From positions 197,029 to 261,028 of the forward strand of contig CAVVXI010000004.1 of assembly GCA_963752195.1 (NCBI GenBank): a DNA stretch of 64,000 nucleotides, written 5' to 3'. The position numbers and the translations under genes are program-made. Below, in pieces: positions 1-9,442 of the stretch (position 1 is the stretch's first letter; each line of letters begins with the position of its first letter). The notes under the pieces are model-generated. The model was not told where the DNA came from. It was given only the letters and a program-made list of their open reading frames with translations, and made no database searches. Source of the DNA: an uncultured Bacteroidales bacterium. GTDB lineage: Bacteria > Bacteroidota > Bacteroidia > Bacteroidales > UBA10428.

Positions 1-618
1 GGGAGCCATGACTGTTCCCAGCAGTTCCTGGTAATCAAATGTATACAATCCGGTATTATGTCCATGAACCAGGTAAAGGGCAATGATGGCAATAAACATC
101 AGCAATCCGCTGGCCTGTGTGAATATGAAAAATTTGTAAGATGCATAGATCCTTTTTTCATGGCCCCATATGCCAATGAGAAAATACATGGGAATAAGCA
201 TAACTTCCCAGAAAAAATAAAATAAAAACAGGTCCATGGAAAGGAATACGCCTGTAATTCCGGCCAGGATCCACAGGATGTTAAAATGAAAAAAACCGGT
301 TTTATAGGTTATTTCATGCCACGAAATAAGAATTGCCAGTATGCCGATAAAATAAGTAAGGATCAGCAACAGGAGACTTAATCCATCCAGCGCCAGGTGA
401 AGCTGTATGCCAAAAAACGGTATCCAGCTGCGGGTAAATTCTGTAATCCATGTGCTTTTCCGGTCATAATCGCCTGCGTATACAGATAAAATCAGGATCA
501 GGTTAACAATCACAGCAAGAAGGGAAACATAGCGGGAAATTGCCGGATTATTTTTTCCGGCCAGCCAGGCTATTACACCACCGGCCATTAAAACAAGGAT
601 AAGATAGACAAGTATCAT
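1..618 (-). CDS. nuoM: NADH-quinone oxidoreductase subunit M, N-terminal part (continues beyond window start)
   Basis: Absent from ORF track because it runs off the edge. My translation from ATG 616-618 (ATGA overlap with nuoL stop) gives MILVYLILVLMAGGVIAWLAGKNN... and later WEVMLIPMYFLIGIWGH, typical of NuoM. Follows nuoL in operon order. Confidence 0.85.
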   Translation of the reverse strand, partial: MILVYLILVLMAGGVIAWLAGKNNPAISRYVSLLAVIVNLILILSVYAGDYDRKSTWITEFTRSWIPFFGIQLHLALDGLSLLLLILTYFIGILAILISWHEITYKTGFFHFNILWILAGITGVFLSMDLFLFYFFWEVMLIPMYFLIGIWGHEKRIYASYKFFIFTQASGLLMFIAIIALYLVHGHNTGLYTFDYQELLGTVMAP

Positions 619-2492
619 ACCGTAAGCATAATTGTAAGTAAAATCACCAGACCTGCCGTTAAAACAACAGCATATAACCTGAGTTTGCCGTTTTGCGACC
701 TGCTGAGCAAACCATTGAAGAACTGAACTGACTGCGCGATATAAGTAAAGAACTTATCGAGTATGTCGTTCCTGTTCACGGTTGATATCCATACGACGGG
801 CCTTACGATCAATCTGTCATAAAGCCAGTCGAATCCCCATCCCTTGTAAAAAAAATCATTCAGGGCATGCTGGTTAAACAGGGCAGGGAAAGATCTCCTT
901 TTATAATAGTATACATAGGCAATCCACACTCCGGCCAGTGCAATGATTGCCGAAACAACCTGGAAAAGCCACTCAGGCAAAGTTCCGTCGGTGAACCCGG
1001 TCTCGGGAAATAATGGATTGAGCAATGTTGAAAAAAGATGAACGGATCCGAGATTTTCCGGTAATTCAATGAAACCGCCTGCCAGCGAGAGAAAGGCAAG
1101 AATTACAAGCGGGATTCCCATTAAGATGCCCGGTTTGTGTTTCGGAGTAATTTTCATTTCCCCGAAAAAAGTAAGAAAGATCATTCTGAATGTATACAAT
1201 GAGGTAAGGAGAGCGCCCCCAATCCCTGCCAGCCATAACCACTTGCTTCCCTGTACGGATGACCAGGAAAACCACAGGATCTCATCTTTGCTGTAAAATC
1301 CTGCTGTGATGAGAGGCAGTGCAGACAAAGATGCCCCGCCGATCAGAAAGGTGATGAAAATAAGGGGAAGTTTTTTTCGCAATCCACCCATTTTATGCAT
1401 ATCGTGCTCCTCGTGTAAAAGTAGTATTACACTTCCGGCAGCAAGGAAAAGCAGGGCCTTAAAGAAAGCATGGATCATGAAGTGGAAAATGGCAGCCGAC
1501 CAGGCACCCACGCCGAGTGCCAGGAACATATAGCCTATCTGGCTGATGGTGGAATAGGCAAGCACACGTTTCAGATCATGCTGGTTCAGCGCGCTGAAAC
1601 CGGCAATAAAAAGGGTGGCAGCACCGATGATGGCAACCAGGGTTTGCACTGAAGGTGCCAGGCTGAACAGGACATGTGTTCTTGCGATCAGGTATACACC
1701 GGCTGTTACCATGGTTGCCGCATGGATGAGTGCGCTAACCGGGGAAGGGCCTGCCATGGCATCGGGAAGCCAGGTCTGCAGAGGAAGCTGGGCGGATTTT
1801 CCTACTGCACCTCCGAGCAGGAGTAAGGCGGAGATTACCGCGAGCGGGGAGCCTGAAGGCCATTGAACAGGCGCCTGCTTCATAAGGGTGTCAATGTCAA
1901 GGGTTCCAAAGCTTACAAAAAGCAGGAACAATCCGATGATCATAAATGTGTCGCCAATTCGGGTTACCACAAATGCCTTTCGGGCCGCATTGTTGTTCTC
2001 GGGGTCCTTATACCAGAAGCCGATAAGCAGGTAACTGCACAATCCCACGCCTTCCCAGCCGAGGTAAAGCAGCAGGAGATTTCCGGCCAGCACGAGGACA
2101 AGCATGGAGGCAACGAAAAGATTCATATAGGCGAAGAAGCGGGAAAAGCCCTCATCATCCTGCATAAATTCAACCGAATACACATGGATCAAGGCACCTA
2201 CAAAGGTGATGACAAAACAAAATACAAGGGAAAGAGCATCCAGTTTAAGGGTTATGCCGGCTGTAAAACCACCTGTATCCATCCAGGTATACAGTGTGGT
2301 TGTTATTGCTGTGTTGCCAGGATTGGAAGAGAGAAAGTCAATCCCCACAATCAGGGTAAGCAAAGCAGACAGGCAGACCGAACCAACGGCAATGAAGGCA
2401 ACTGCTTTACGCGTCATCATCCTGCCGAAGAATACGACTATCAGAAAGCTGAGAACAGGCAATCCGGGTATTAGTCCAATGTAGGCATCCAT
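615..2492 (-). CDS. nuoL: NADH-quinone oxidoreductase subunit L
   Basis: 625-aa polytopic membrane ORF with antiporter-like motifs (WEGVGLCSYLLIGFW, SALIHAATMVTAGVYL), in operon position. Confidence 0.93.
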   Translation of the reverse strand: MDAYIGLIPGLPVLSFLIVVFFGRMMTRKAVAFIAVGSVCLSALLTLIVGIDFLSSNPGNTAITTTLYTWMDTGGFTAGITLKLDALSLVFCFVITFVGALIHVYSVEFMQDDEGFSRFFAYMNLFVASMLVLVLAGNLLLLYLGWEGVGLCSYLLIGFWYKDPENNNAARKAFVVTRIGDTFMIIGLFLLFVSFGTLDIDTLMKQAPVQWPSGSPLAVISALLLLGGAVGKSAQLPLQTWLPDAMAGPSPVSALIHAATMVTAGVYLIARTHVLFSLAPSVQTLVAIIGAATLFIAGFSALNQHDLKRVLAYSTISQIGYMFLALGVGAWSAAIFHFMIHAFFKALLFLAAGSVILLLHEEHDMHKMGGLRKKLPLIFITFLIGGASLSALPLITAGFYSKDEILWFSWSSVQGSKWLWLAGIGGALLTSLYTFRMIFLTFFGEMKITPKHKPGILMGIPLVILAFLSLAGGFIELPENLGSVHLFSTLLNPLFPETGFTDGTLPEWLFQVVSAIIALAGVWIAYVYYYKRRSFPALFNQHALNDFFYKGWGFDWLYDRLIVRPVVWISTVNRNDILDKFFTYIAQSVQFFNGLLSRSQNGKLRLYAVVLTAGLVILLTIMLTV

Positions 2493-2502
2493 CTTCCGGG
2501 GT

Positions 2503-2823
2503 TTATATTACTTTTTTATCATGCAATTTTTTTATCGCGTCGGCATCAAGGGTTCTGAAATGATGATACATCTGAAGGATAAGAGACAGCCCGACAGATA
2601 CTTCGGCAGCTGACACCGTGAGAATAAAAATGAACATTACCTGTCCGTCTGCCTGCATCCAGTGTGAACCGGCGATCACAAACGCAAGACCTGCGCTGTT
2701 AAGCATTATTTCAATGGATAACAGCATGTAAATCACGTTCCGTCGAACCAGGAATCCGACCAGGCCGATAAGAAAGATCATGCCGGCGAACATCAACTGA
2801 ATTTCCATGGAAAGGGTTACCAT
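2503..2823 (-). CDS. nuoK: NADH-quinone oxidoreductase subunit K
   Basis: 106-aa, 3-TM protein between nuoJ and nuoL; size and position typical. Confidence 0.9.
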   Translation of the reverse strand: MVTLSMEIQLMFAGMIFLIGLVGFLVRRNVIYMLLSIEIMLNSAGLAFVIAGSHWMQADGQVMFIFILTVSAAEVSVGLSLILQMYHHFRTLDADAIKKLHDKKVI

Positions 2824-2824
2824 A

Positions 2825-3379
2825 TTACGCTTCTTTATTTGTTAATTCCTTCTCCTTTTCCGGTTGTTTCATCAGAAACCGGTGGACGACTTTCTTTTTC
2901 TGTTTACCCAGGTGGTAGGCGCCGACTATGCCGGCCATCAGGAGAACCGCTGCTATTTCAACGGCGATAAGATACGTGGTGAACAGGGAGACTCCTACCT
3001 GTTTGGGTGTTATCACAACGGCAACCGTATTCACCGAATGCAATTGCTTCATGGCATAAACCAGCAATACAAGCAGTGCACAGGCCAGAAAAACCGGCAA
3101 AAACCACATCCGGGGTTTTAGCCATTTGTTTTCAATTTCCTCTTCCAGTCCGATATTGAGGATCATCACAACAAAAATGAACAGCACCATGATGGCACCG
3201 GCATATACTATCACTTCCAGGGCGGCAATAAACGGCGCACCCGAAATGTAAAAGATAATTGAAATAGAAAGCAGTGACAGGATAAGGTAAAGCAGGGCGT
3301 GAATGGCATTGCGGTTGGTGATCGACATCAGTGATGTGATCAGGGCAATGGCAGCAGCAATAATAAAAATCGTATTCAT
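2825..3379 (-). CDS. nuoJ: NADH-quinone oxidoreductase subunit J
   Basis: 184-aa membrane protein (VYAGAIMVLFIFVVM motif), in operon position. Confidence 0.9.
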   Translation of the reverse strand: MNTIFIIAAAIALITSLMSITNRNAIHALLYLILSLLSISIIFYISGAPFIAALEVIVYAGAIMVLFIFVVMILNIGLEEEIENKWLKPRMWFLPVFLACALLVLLVYAMKQLHSVNTVAVVITPKQVGVSLFTTYLIAVEIAAVLLMAGIVGAYHLGKQKKKVVHRFLMKQPEKEKELTNKEA

Positions 3380-3393
3380 GTTTGAGCTTTTTA

Positions 3394-3909
3394 TTAATGA
3401 ATAAGATTTTTCAGATCCACAGGCGGTTCTTCGTTCTCACCTGTGCCTGTATTTTTAACGCCCATATCCACACCTGCCACACGGTAAAAATTATACCCCG
3501 GGTATTTTCCCTGACCGCTGATCAGCAGATGTTCCTTTTCATATACCAGGTTCTGGCGGTCATATTCAGCCATTTCAAAATCCGGAACCAGCTGGATGGC
3601 ATAGGTAGGGCATGCTTCCTCACAAAGTCCGCAATAGATACACCGTGAAAAATTTATCCTGAAAAACTCAGGGTAACGTCTTCCGTCGGAATCCTCTGTG
3701 GATTGCAGGGCGATACAGTCCACCGGGCAGGCAGCCGCGCATAAATTACAGGCAACACATCTTTCTTTCCCGTCAGGGTCGCGGGTCAGCACAATCCTGC
3801 CCCTGTAACGCGGCGGCAAATAGGGCTTCTTTTCAGGATATCCCCGGGTTTCGCGTTTATGGAATGCATGCAGGAAAGTGATCCATATGCTTCTTAATAT
3901 ACTTATCAT
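3394..3909 (-). CDS. nuoI: NADH-quinone oxidoreductase subunit I (2x[4Fe-4S])
   Basis: Two ferredoxin motifs, [12 protein letters not shown] and [12 protein letters not shown]; 171 aa. Confidence 0.93.
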   Translation of the reverse strand: MISILRSIWITFLHAFHKRETRGYPEKKPYLPPRYRGRIVLTRDPDGKERCVACNLCAAACPVDCIALQSTEDSDGRRYPEFFRINFSRCIYCGLCEEACPTYAIQLVPDFEMAEYDRQNLVYEKEHLLISGQGKYPGYNFYRVAGVDMGVKNTGTGENEEPPVDLKNLIH

Positions 3910-4854
3910 ACCGTATTATAAATTATAACTGCACCAGTGATTAATATGTTGAGCAATACAAGGGGCAACAGAATCTTCCAACCCACTTCCATCAACTGGT
4001 CATATCTCGGCCTGGGCAGCGAGGCCCGGATAAGAATGAACATGCAGATGAAAATGAACGTTTTAAAGAAGAACCAAAATGCGGGTGGAAGGAAGGCAGG
4101 GCCCAGCCAGCCTCCAAAAAAAAGTGTTGTTATCAACGCAGAGATAAGCGTTACGCCCATATATTCCCCCACGAAGAACATGCCGAATTTCATGCCCGAA
4201 TATTCGGAATGATACCCGGCTACCAGTTCACCCTCTGCTTCAGGAATATCAAAAGGGGTTCGGTGTGTCTCTGCCAGACCGGCTATAAAAAATATCACAA
4301 AGCCAACAAACTGTGGAAATATAAACCAACCTCCGCGTTGTGCCAGTACAATGTCGCGCAGGCTGAAGCTATCCGCCATCATAACAACACCCACCAGCGA
4401 CAACCCCATAAACACCTCATAGGTAAGCATCTGTGCCGAACCGCGGATAGAACCCAGCAGTGAATATTTATTGTTGGAAGCCCAACCGCCAAGCACAAGG
4501 CTGTATACACCCAGGGAAGAATTGCCAAGGAAGAACAGCAATGCCAATATTGGAATCAAGCACGATGAATTGATCGGTAAAAGGGATTACGGCAAATGTG
4601 AGCAGGATACTGCCAACCAGGATGCCGGGAGCCAGGATAAACACTCTTTTATCAGCAAAGGGAGGAATCCAGTCCTCTTTGAAGAAGATTTTCAGCACAT
4701 CCGCAATTACCTGCAAAAGGCCAAAAGGGCCTACACGGTTGGGCCCATATCTGTCCTGGAATAGCGCCAACAGCCTGCGTTCAACATATATCAGGCCTGC
4801 TGCGATGGTCAACACGATCAACAATACACCTGCGATGATAAAAACATACTTCAT
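3906..4854 (-). pseudogene. nuoH: NADH-quinone oxidoreductase subunit H, reading frame broken by an apparent 1-nt insertion near 4536-4545 (possible assembly error)
   Basis: ORF 4468-4854 (N-terminal part, ...[17 protein letters not shown]...LDSNIG) and ORF 3906-4559 (...[30 protein letters not shown]...) together make one NuoH. Removing one base at GGCATTGCTG (minus strand) restores DSNIGLLFFLG. Confidence 0.88.
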
Positions 4855-4903
4855 ACTGTTTCCGTTTCAAATTATTTTCTATCCTAAATGTTGGAAATCG
4901 TAC

Positions 4904-4924
4904 AGACAAGGCATTGCCTTGTCT
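4904..4924. repeat. Perfect 9-bp-stem hairpin AGACAAGGC-ATT-GCCTTGTCT in the nuoG-nuoH spacer
   Basis: Read directly. Shares the CAAGGC/GCCTTG core with the hairpins of the 29.5-kb array. Confidence 0.7.
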
Positions 4925-4942
4925 CTACAACGTTCTTCCATT

Positions 4943-4970
4943 TACCGACCACCGGTCACCGATCACCGAT
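4943..4970. repeat. Heptamer tandem repeat (TACCGAC CACCGGT CACCGAT CACCGAT) overlapping the nuoG stop codon
   Basis: 4 consecutive 7-nt units read directly; the nuoG stop (4956-4958) lies inside the array. Confidence 0.8.
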
Positions 4971-7664
4971 CTTCCCCCACGCAGGCAAACCCATAAAAGG
5001 GGTTTCCGGCAATATGGACAAACCTGCAATGCCATCCGGGATATTCGGATCCGTCATAATCACAGCCTCCAGGCTGGTTTCATTAATACTGAAAGTATAA
5101 ATGGTATTGTCTCTCAGCTGTAATCGGGCGGCCATACCAATTCCGACCAGAACAAAAGGTGCCGGAATCAGTTCAGCAATAGCCTGGCCATGAGCGCTTA
5201 ATTCCTCAGAACCAAAAATACGATGGACCGGTACAAACAGAAATTCCCCATCTCTTTTCTTAAAAGGTTGCGGCACCTGGTATTCTGTTTTGCCGTACTG
5301 CAGGACAGAACCTTCGAACAGGCGTATACCCGGATTGCCATCCCACACCTGTCCATCAGGCTCTTTCAGGTATTTATTGATGGCTTGAGCAGAATTCCAG
5401 CCCGGTGACCAATAATAGGGTATAAGTTCAGCCGGCGGGTATCCCTTATACCCTTCCATGCTGAATTTTAGCGGTGAATCCAAATCCTTCGGCGGCTTGG
5501 TTTCACTAACATTTTGACGGGCGCTCATGGCGGTGCGTCCACTGTATCGTGAAGTTTGCCTTGCTATCTTTTCGTTGTAAAATGTGAACCCTGCATCCGG
5601 CATCCGGTTTTTAATTTCGGAAAAGTCCGGATACGCCTCCACAAAGGAATTTACCACCTCGTCAAATGTTTGCCATGCGTGTTTGTTTTTTCCCGACAAA
5701 TTCATCAATCCGATGATCCATTGCCAGTTTTCTTTTACAGGATCTTTTGCCGGCAACGCACTGTAATATCTTTGTGCACGGCCCTCGTAATTCACCAGCG
5801 TTCCGGCTGATTCGGCGTAAACAGCGGAGGGAATTACAAGATCGGCCCTGGCAGCTGTATTGTTTTTAAGGTGGTCAAGCACGATAACATGCGGGCATTT
5901 TTCAAATATTTTATCTGCCTCCCTGGCCGGAAGTCGCCTGTAAATGTCGTTTTCAAGGATAATCAATACTTCGGGCGGCTGCCTGTCAATATGAGCCAGG
6001 ACATCCTCCAGGTTCCCGCCGTCTGTCATTCCGAGTCCTGCGCTGTTGCTTTCAGGCAATGCAATGGCTACAGACAGTTTTTTGTTTTTCCCTGAAAAAC
6101 CGTCAATTATTTTGTTTAAGGCATCCAGCAAATCAGTACTGCCTGCTGTTGTACCGGTGACGATTAAAGGATTTTCAGCCCCGAGAAGGGCCTCGCTTAT
6201 CCTTCCGGCCAGTTCATTTAGCGGTTTGTCGTTATCGTTGCTTTTGCTGCCGTCGGAAGATATCCACGATGCAACGGCAAAGCCAAGACGGGCTATGTCC
6301 GCAGGAGCTGCATACCATGTTTCCAGGGCTACATCATCGAGCCTGGTCGTAAAAGGAGTGGCAATGAAAAGAGGACTCTTTACTTCGTGATTTAACTCGC
6401 GGACTGCCGAATCATTCCATTCGGGAATTCCCATTTTGGCAGCGATGCCAATGGACTTGTTGCGGATACACTGGCGGACGGATAACGCCATCATGGGCGC
6501 CGTATTTGTGATATCCTCGCCAAGGATCAAAACCGCATCGCATTTTTCAATTTCCTTAAGGGATGGCACATGTACCCTGCCTGATCGTAATATGTCAAGC
6601 GTTTTTTTAACCATTTGTTGTTCCGGAGCGGTAACGCCGTGGTAGAAATTGTTTTTTCCAACCAGTTCCGACAGGGCAAAATTTGCTTCCAGCGAGGCCC
6701 TTGAGGATCCGATCCCCATAAGCTCATTGCCTGACAGGGAAGCAGTGAGTCCGGATAGCTGGTCAAGTCCAAGGATCTCGTTCAACGGATCTTTTTTTGA
6801 ATCCCTCACGAGGATCTGTCGAATGCGGTCGGTGCTTTCGATGAATTCATAGCCAAACCTGCCCCTGTCGCACAAAAAATAGCCGTTGATATCACCATGA
6901 TACCGGCTCAGCGTACGTCTCAGGGATCCATAACGTTCGCTTAATATTGTATTGCATCCAATGCTGCAATGCACACACACCGAAGGCCCATTGGTCAGGT
7001 CCCATTTGCGGGTATAATGTTTTTTCAGGGTTTTATCGGTGAACACTCCCGTGGGGCAAACTTCAACCAGGTTGCCGCTGAATTCGCTTTCAAGGGTTCC
7101 TTCCTGCCTACGACCAAAATAAACGTGGTTTGCAGAACCATACACATTCAAGTCGTTTCCCCCTGCATAATCCTTATAATACCTTACACAACGGTAACAC
7201 TGGATGCACCGGTTCATTTCATGCTGAATGAAAGGGCCCAGGTATTGATTGGTGTAAGTTCTCTTTTTAAACACAAACCGCCTGTAATTGTGGCCTGTCA
7301 TAACTGTCATATCCTGCAGGTGACATTCTCCGCCTTCATCGCAAATGGGGCAATCATGCGGATGATTGGTCATCAGACCCTCTACCACCCCGGCCCTGAA
7401 ATCAGCCACATCCTTGTCTTCAATTGAAACCAGCATGCCGTCGGTAACAGGTTCCATGCACGACATGACGATTTTGCCCGTTTTGTCTTCAGGTTTTGCA
7501 AATTTCTTAACAGCGCACTGGCGGCATGCTCCTACCGATCCGAGCGCCGCATGGTAGCAAAAATAGGGAACATCGATACCAAGGGCAATGCAGGTTTCGA
7601 GAAGGTTTTTTCCTTCTTTTACCTCATAAATGATTCCATCTATCTGAATTTTTATCATAATCAC
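4956..7664 (-). CDS. nuoG: NADH-quinone oxidoreductase subunit G (long, about 900-aa form)
   Basis: 902 aa. N-terminal 2Fe-2S/4Fe-4S cysteine motifs (CRQC, HPHDCPICDEGGECHLQD, CIQCYRCVRY, CPTGVF) followed by a molybdopterin-like domain. Confidence 0.93.
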   Translation of the reverse strand: MIMIKIQIDGIIYEVKEGKNLLETCIALGIDVPYFCYHAALGSVGACRQCAVKKFAKPEDKTGKIVMSCMEPVTDGMLVSIEDKDVADFRAGVVEGLMTNHPHDCPICDEGGECHLQDMTVMTGHNYRRFVFKKRTYTNQYLGPFIQHEMNRCIQCYRCVRYYKDYAGGNDLNVYGSANHVYFGRRQEGTLESEFSGNLVEVCPTGVFTDKTLKKHYTRKWDLTNGPSVCVHCSIGCNTILSERYGSLRRTLSRYHGDINGYFLCDRGRFGYEFIESTDRIRQILVRDSKKDPLNEILGLDQLSGLTASLSGNELMGIGSSRASLEANFALSELVGKNNFYHGVTAPEQQMVKKTLDILRSGRVHVPSLKEIEKCDAVLILGEDITNTAPMMALSVRQCIRNKSIGIAAKMGIPEWNDSAVRELNHEVKSPLFIATPFTTRLDDVALETWYAAPADIARLGFAVASWISSDGSKSNDNDKPLNELAGRISEALLGAENPLIVTGTTAGSTDLLDALNKIIDGFSGKNKKLSVAIALPESNSAGLGMTDGGNLEDVLAHIDRQPPEVLIILENDIYRRLPAREADKIFEKCPHVIVLDHLKNNTAARADLVIPSAVYAESAGTLVNYEGRAQRYYSALPAKDPVKENWQWIIGLMNLSGKNKHAWQTFDEVVNSFVEAYPDFSEIKNRMPDAGFTFYNEKIARQTSRYSGRTAMSARQNVSETKPPKDLDSPLKFSMEGYKGYPPAELIPYYWSPGWNSAQAINKYLKEPDGQVWDGNPGIRLFEGSVLQYGKTEYQVPQPFKKRDGEFLFVPVHRIFGSEELSAHGQAIAELIPAPFVLVGIGMAARLQLRDNTIYTFSINETSLEAVIMTDPNIPDGIAGLSILPETPFMGLPAWGKIGDR

Positions 7665-8933
7665 CTCCAGGGACAGTGTTTCTCATGAATATGTCTCAGA
7701 AAATCATCTTTATAATATTTTAGCCCGCTCTGCAAAGGTTCCATAGCGCCGGGTGCATGAGCGCAAAATGTATTGCCCGGTCCCATATACCGGGTATGAA
7801 ACGACAGAATATTCAGGTCTTCCTCTCTTGCAGTTCCATCTTCAAATGACTGCAAGTACCCTTTCGCTCCATGGGAGTCCCTCCCTGCAGGGGGTACACC
7901 AGCCACAGCTTTCGAGCGCAAAAAAGCGGATCAGGTTCTTAATAAAGGCTACCGGGCAGGTTTTGTCATCGAGCACGATAATTGTGCCTGTTCCCATCCT
8001 GCTTCCTGCAGCCCTCACGGAAGTGAAATCCATTTTTGTATCCAGGTGTTCGGCCATCATAAAATCGGTTGAACCGCCGCCGGGAATAATTCCCCTCAGC
8101 ATGTACCCATCCTGCATGCCACCGGCATGGTCTTCCATGATCTCACGCAGGGGGGTGCCCATAGGCAGCTCCCACAGCCCGGGTTTCTTAACATGACCGC
8201 TGACACCGTAGATTTTGGTACCACCCTCTCCGGTAAGGCTAAGTTTAAGGAACCAGTCGGTTCCTTTTTCAACAATATGAGGTACCCAGCAAAGTGTTTC
8301 CACATTATTCACTACTGTGGGCTGACCAAACAGTCCGCTGGTGGCGGGAAATGGCGGTTTGGCCCGTGGTATTCCCCTTTTTCCTTCAAGCGAGTTGATG
8401 AGGGCTGTTTCCTCGCCGCAGATATACCGGCCGGCGCTGCTATGCACATAGAGATCGAGATTGAAGCCTGTGCCAAGTATATTTTTACCCAGGTACCCGG
8501 CCTCATAAGCCTCGGCAATTGCCTTCCGCAGGATGCCTTCTGCTTTTTTGTAGGCCCACCGGATAAAAATGTACGCCTTCTGCGCCTGTATGGCATAGGC
8601 GGCAATGATCATCCCGGCAATCAGCTGATGCGGATTCCCCTCCATGAGGAATTTATCCTTATAGGTGCCCGGTTCCATTTCATCGGCATTGGCAATAAGG
8701 TATTTAATTCCTGTTCCATGCGCCTGTTTTGGCACAAGGCTCCACTTGAGGCCTGCCGGAAATCCGGCTCCGCCGCGTCCAAGCAGGTTGGCTGCCTTTA
8801 CGAGACCGATCACTTCATCGGGGGTCATTTCCTTTAATGCCTTGTTCACTCCGCGATACCCGCCGGCATGCTCATAATCTTTAAAAGCAGGGGGCGTTCC
8901 AAGGTTTACATGTTGGGTTAACGGAGTTTCCAT
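7661..8933 (-). pseudogene. nuoF: NADH-quinone oxidoreductase subunit F, frame broken by an apparent 1-nt insertion near 7855-7875 (possible assembly error)
   Basis: ORF 7842-8933 ends ...ESCGWCTPCREGLPWSERVLAVI*. ORF 7661-7921 continues in another frame with ...LQSFEDGTAREEDLNIL...GPGNTFCAHAPGAMEPLQS. Together they make a full-length NuoF. Confidence 0.88.
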
Positions 8934-8939
8934 AGACGG

Positions 8940-9404
8940 CTAGCTATACTGTTCAAGTATTTCATCTATCTTATTGATATCTATATTATTATGTAAATCA
9001 TGATTGATCATCATCGAAGGGGCATGATCACAATCTCCCAGGCAGGATATCGGCAGAAGGGTGAATCTTCCATCGGATGTGGTTTCACCAAACCGGACCG
9101 ACAATTTTTCGGAGATTTTTTTATATACCGACTCATACCCCATGATCATGCAGCTGATGTTATCACAGATAAGGATGATGTTTTTGCCGACCGGTTTCCG
9201 GTAAATGCGGGTATAAAAAGTGGCTATACTGTCCACTTCCCCGGCAGGCATTCCCAGTTCGGCAGCAATATCCGAAACTGCCTCGTCGGAAATCCATCCC
9301 CTGTGTTCCTGAACAATTTTCAAGGCGTCGATGCAGGCTGCCGCCGGGTATGGATAGAGTTTTGTTTCCTCCTGTATTTCTTTTTTTTCTTTTGGGCTTA
9401 GCAT
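8940..9404 (-). CDS. nuoE: NADH-quinone oxidoreductase subunit E (2Fe-2S)
   Basis: 154 aa, thioredoxin-like 2Fe-2S pattern (CDNISC...CLGDCDHAP), in operon position. Confidence 0.9.
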   Translation of the reverse strand: MLSPKEKKEIQEETKLYPYPAAACIDALKIVQEHRGWISDEAVSDIAAELGMPAGEVDSIATFYTRIYRKPVGKNIILICDNISCMIMGYESVYKKISEKLSVRFGETTSDGRFTLLPISCLGDCDHAPSMMINHDLHNNIDINKIDEILEQYS

Positions 9405-9442
9405 ATTGAATTACATTGATTTCCTGATTTTTACGATCATAA

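Noticed and set aside
1863-2474. Long antisense ORFs inside nuo and other genes (for example 1863-2474, 6969-7427, 8127-8837, 9755-10192, 41869-42378, 48303-48740, 52494-52904)
   Set aside because: All lie opposite confidently identified genes, have odd composition (Cys/His/Arg-rich or low complexity) and carry no recognisable motifs. They are typical shadow ORFs.
4530-7921. Programmed ribosomal frameshifting as the explanation for split nuoH and nuoF
   Set aside because: Both need a +1 shift. I see no slippery motif, rare-codon or stop context, or downstream structure at either site. A single-base insertion (real or an assembly error) is simpler.
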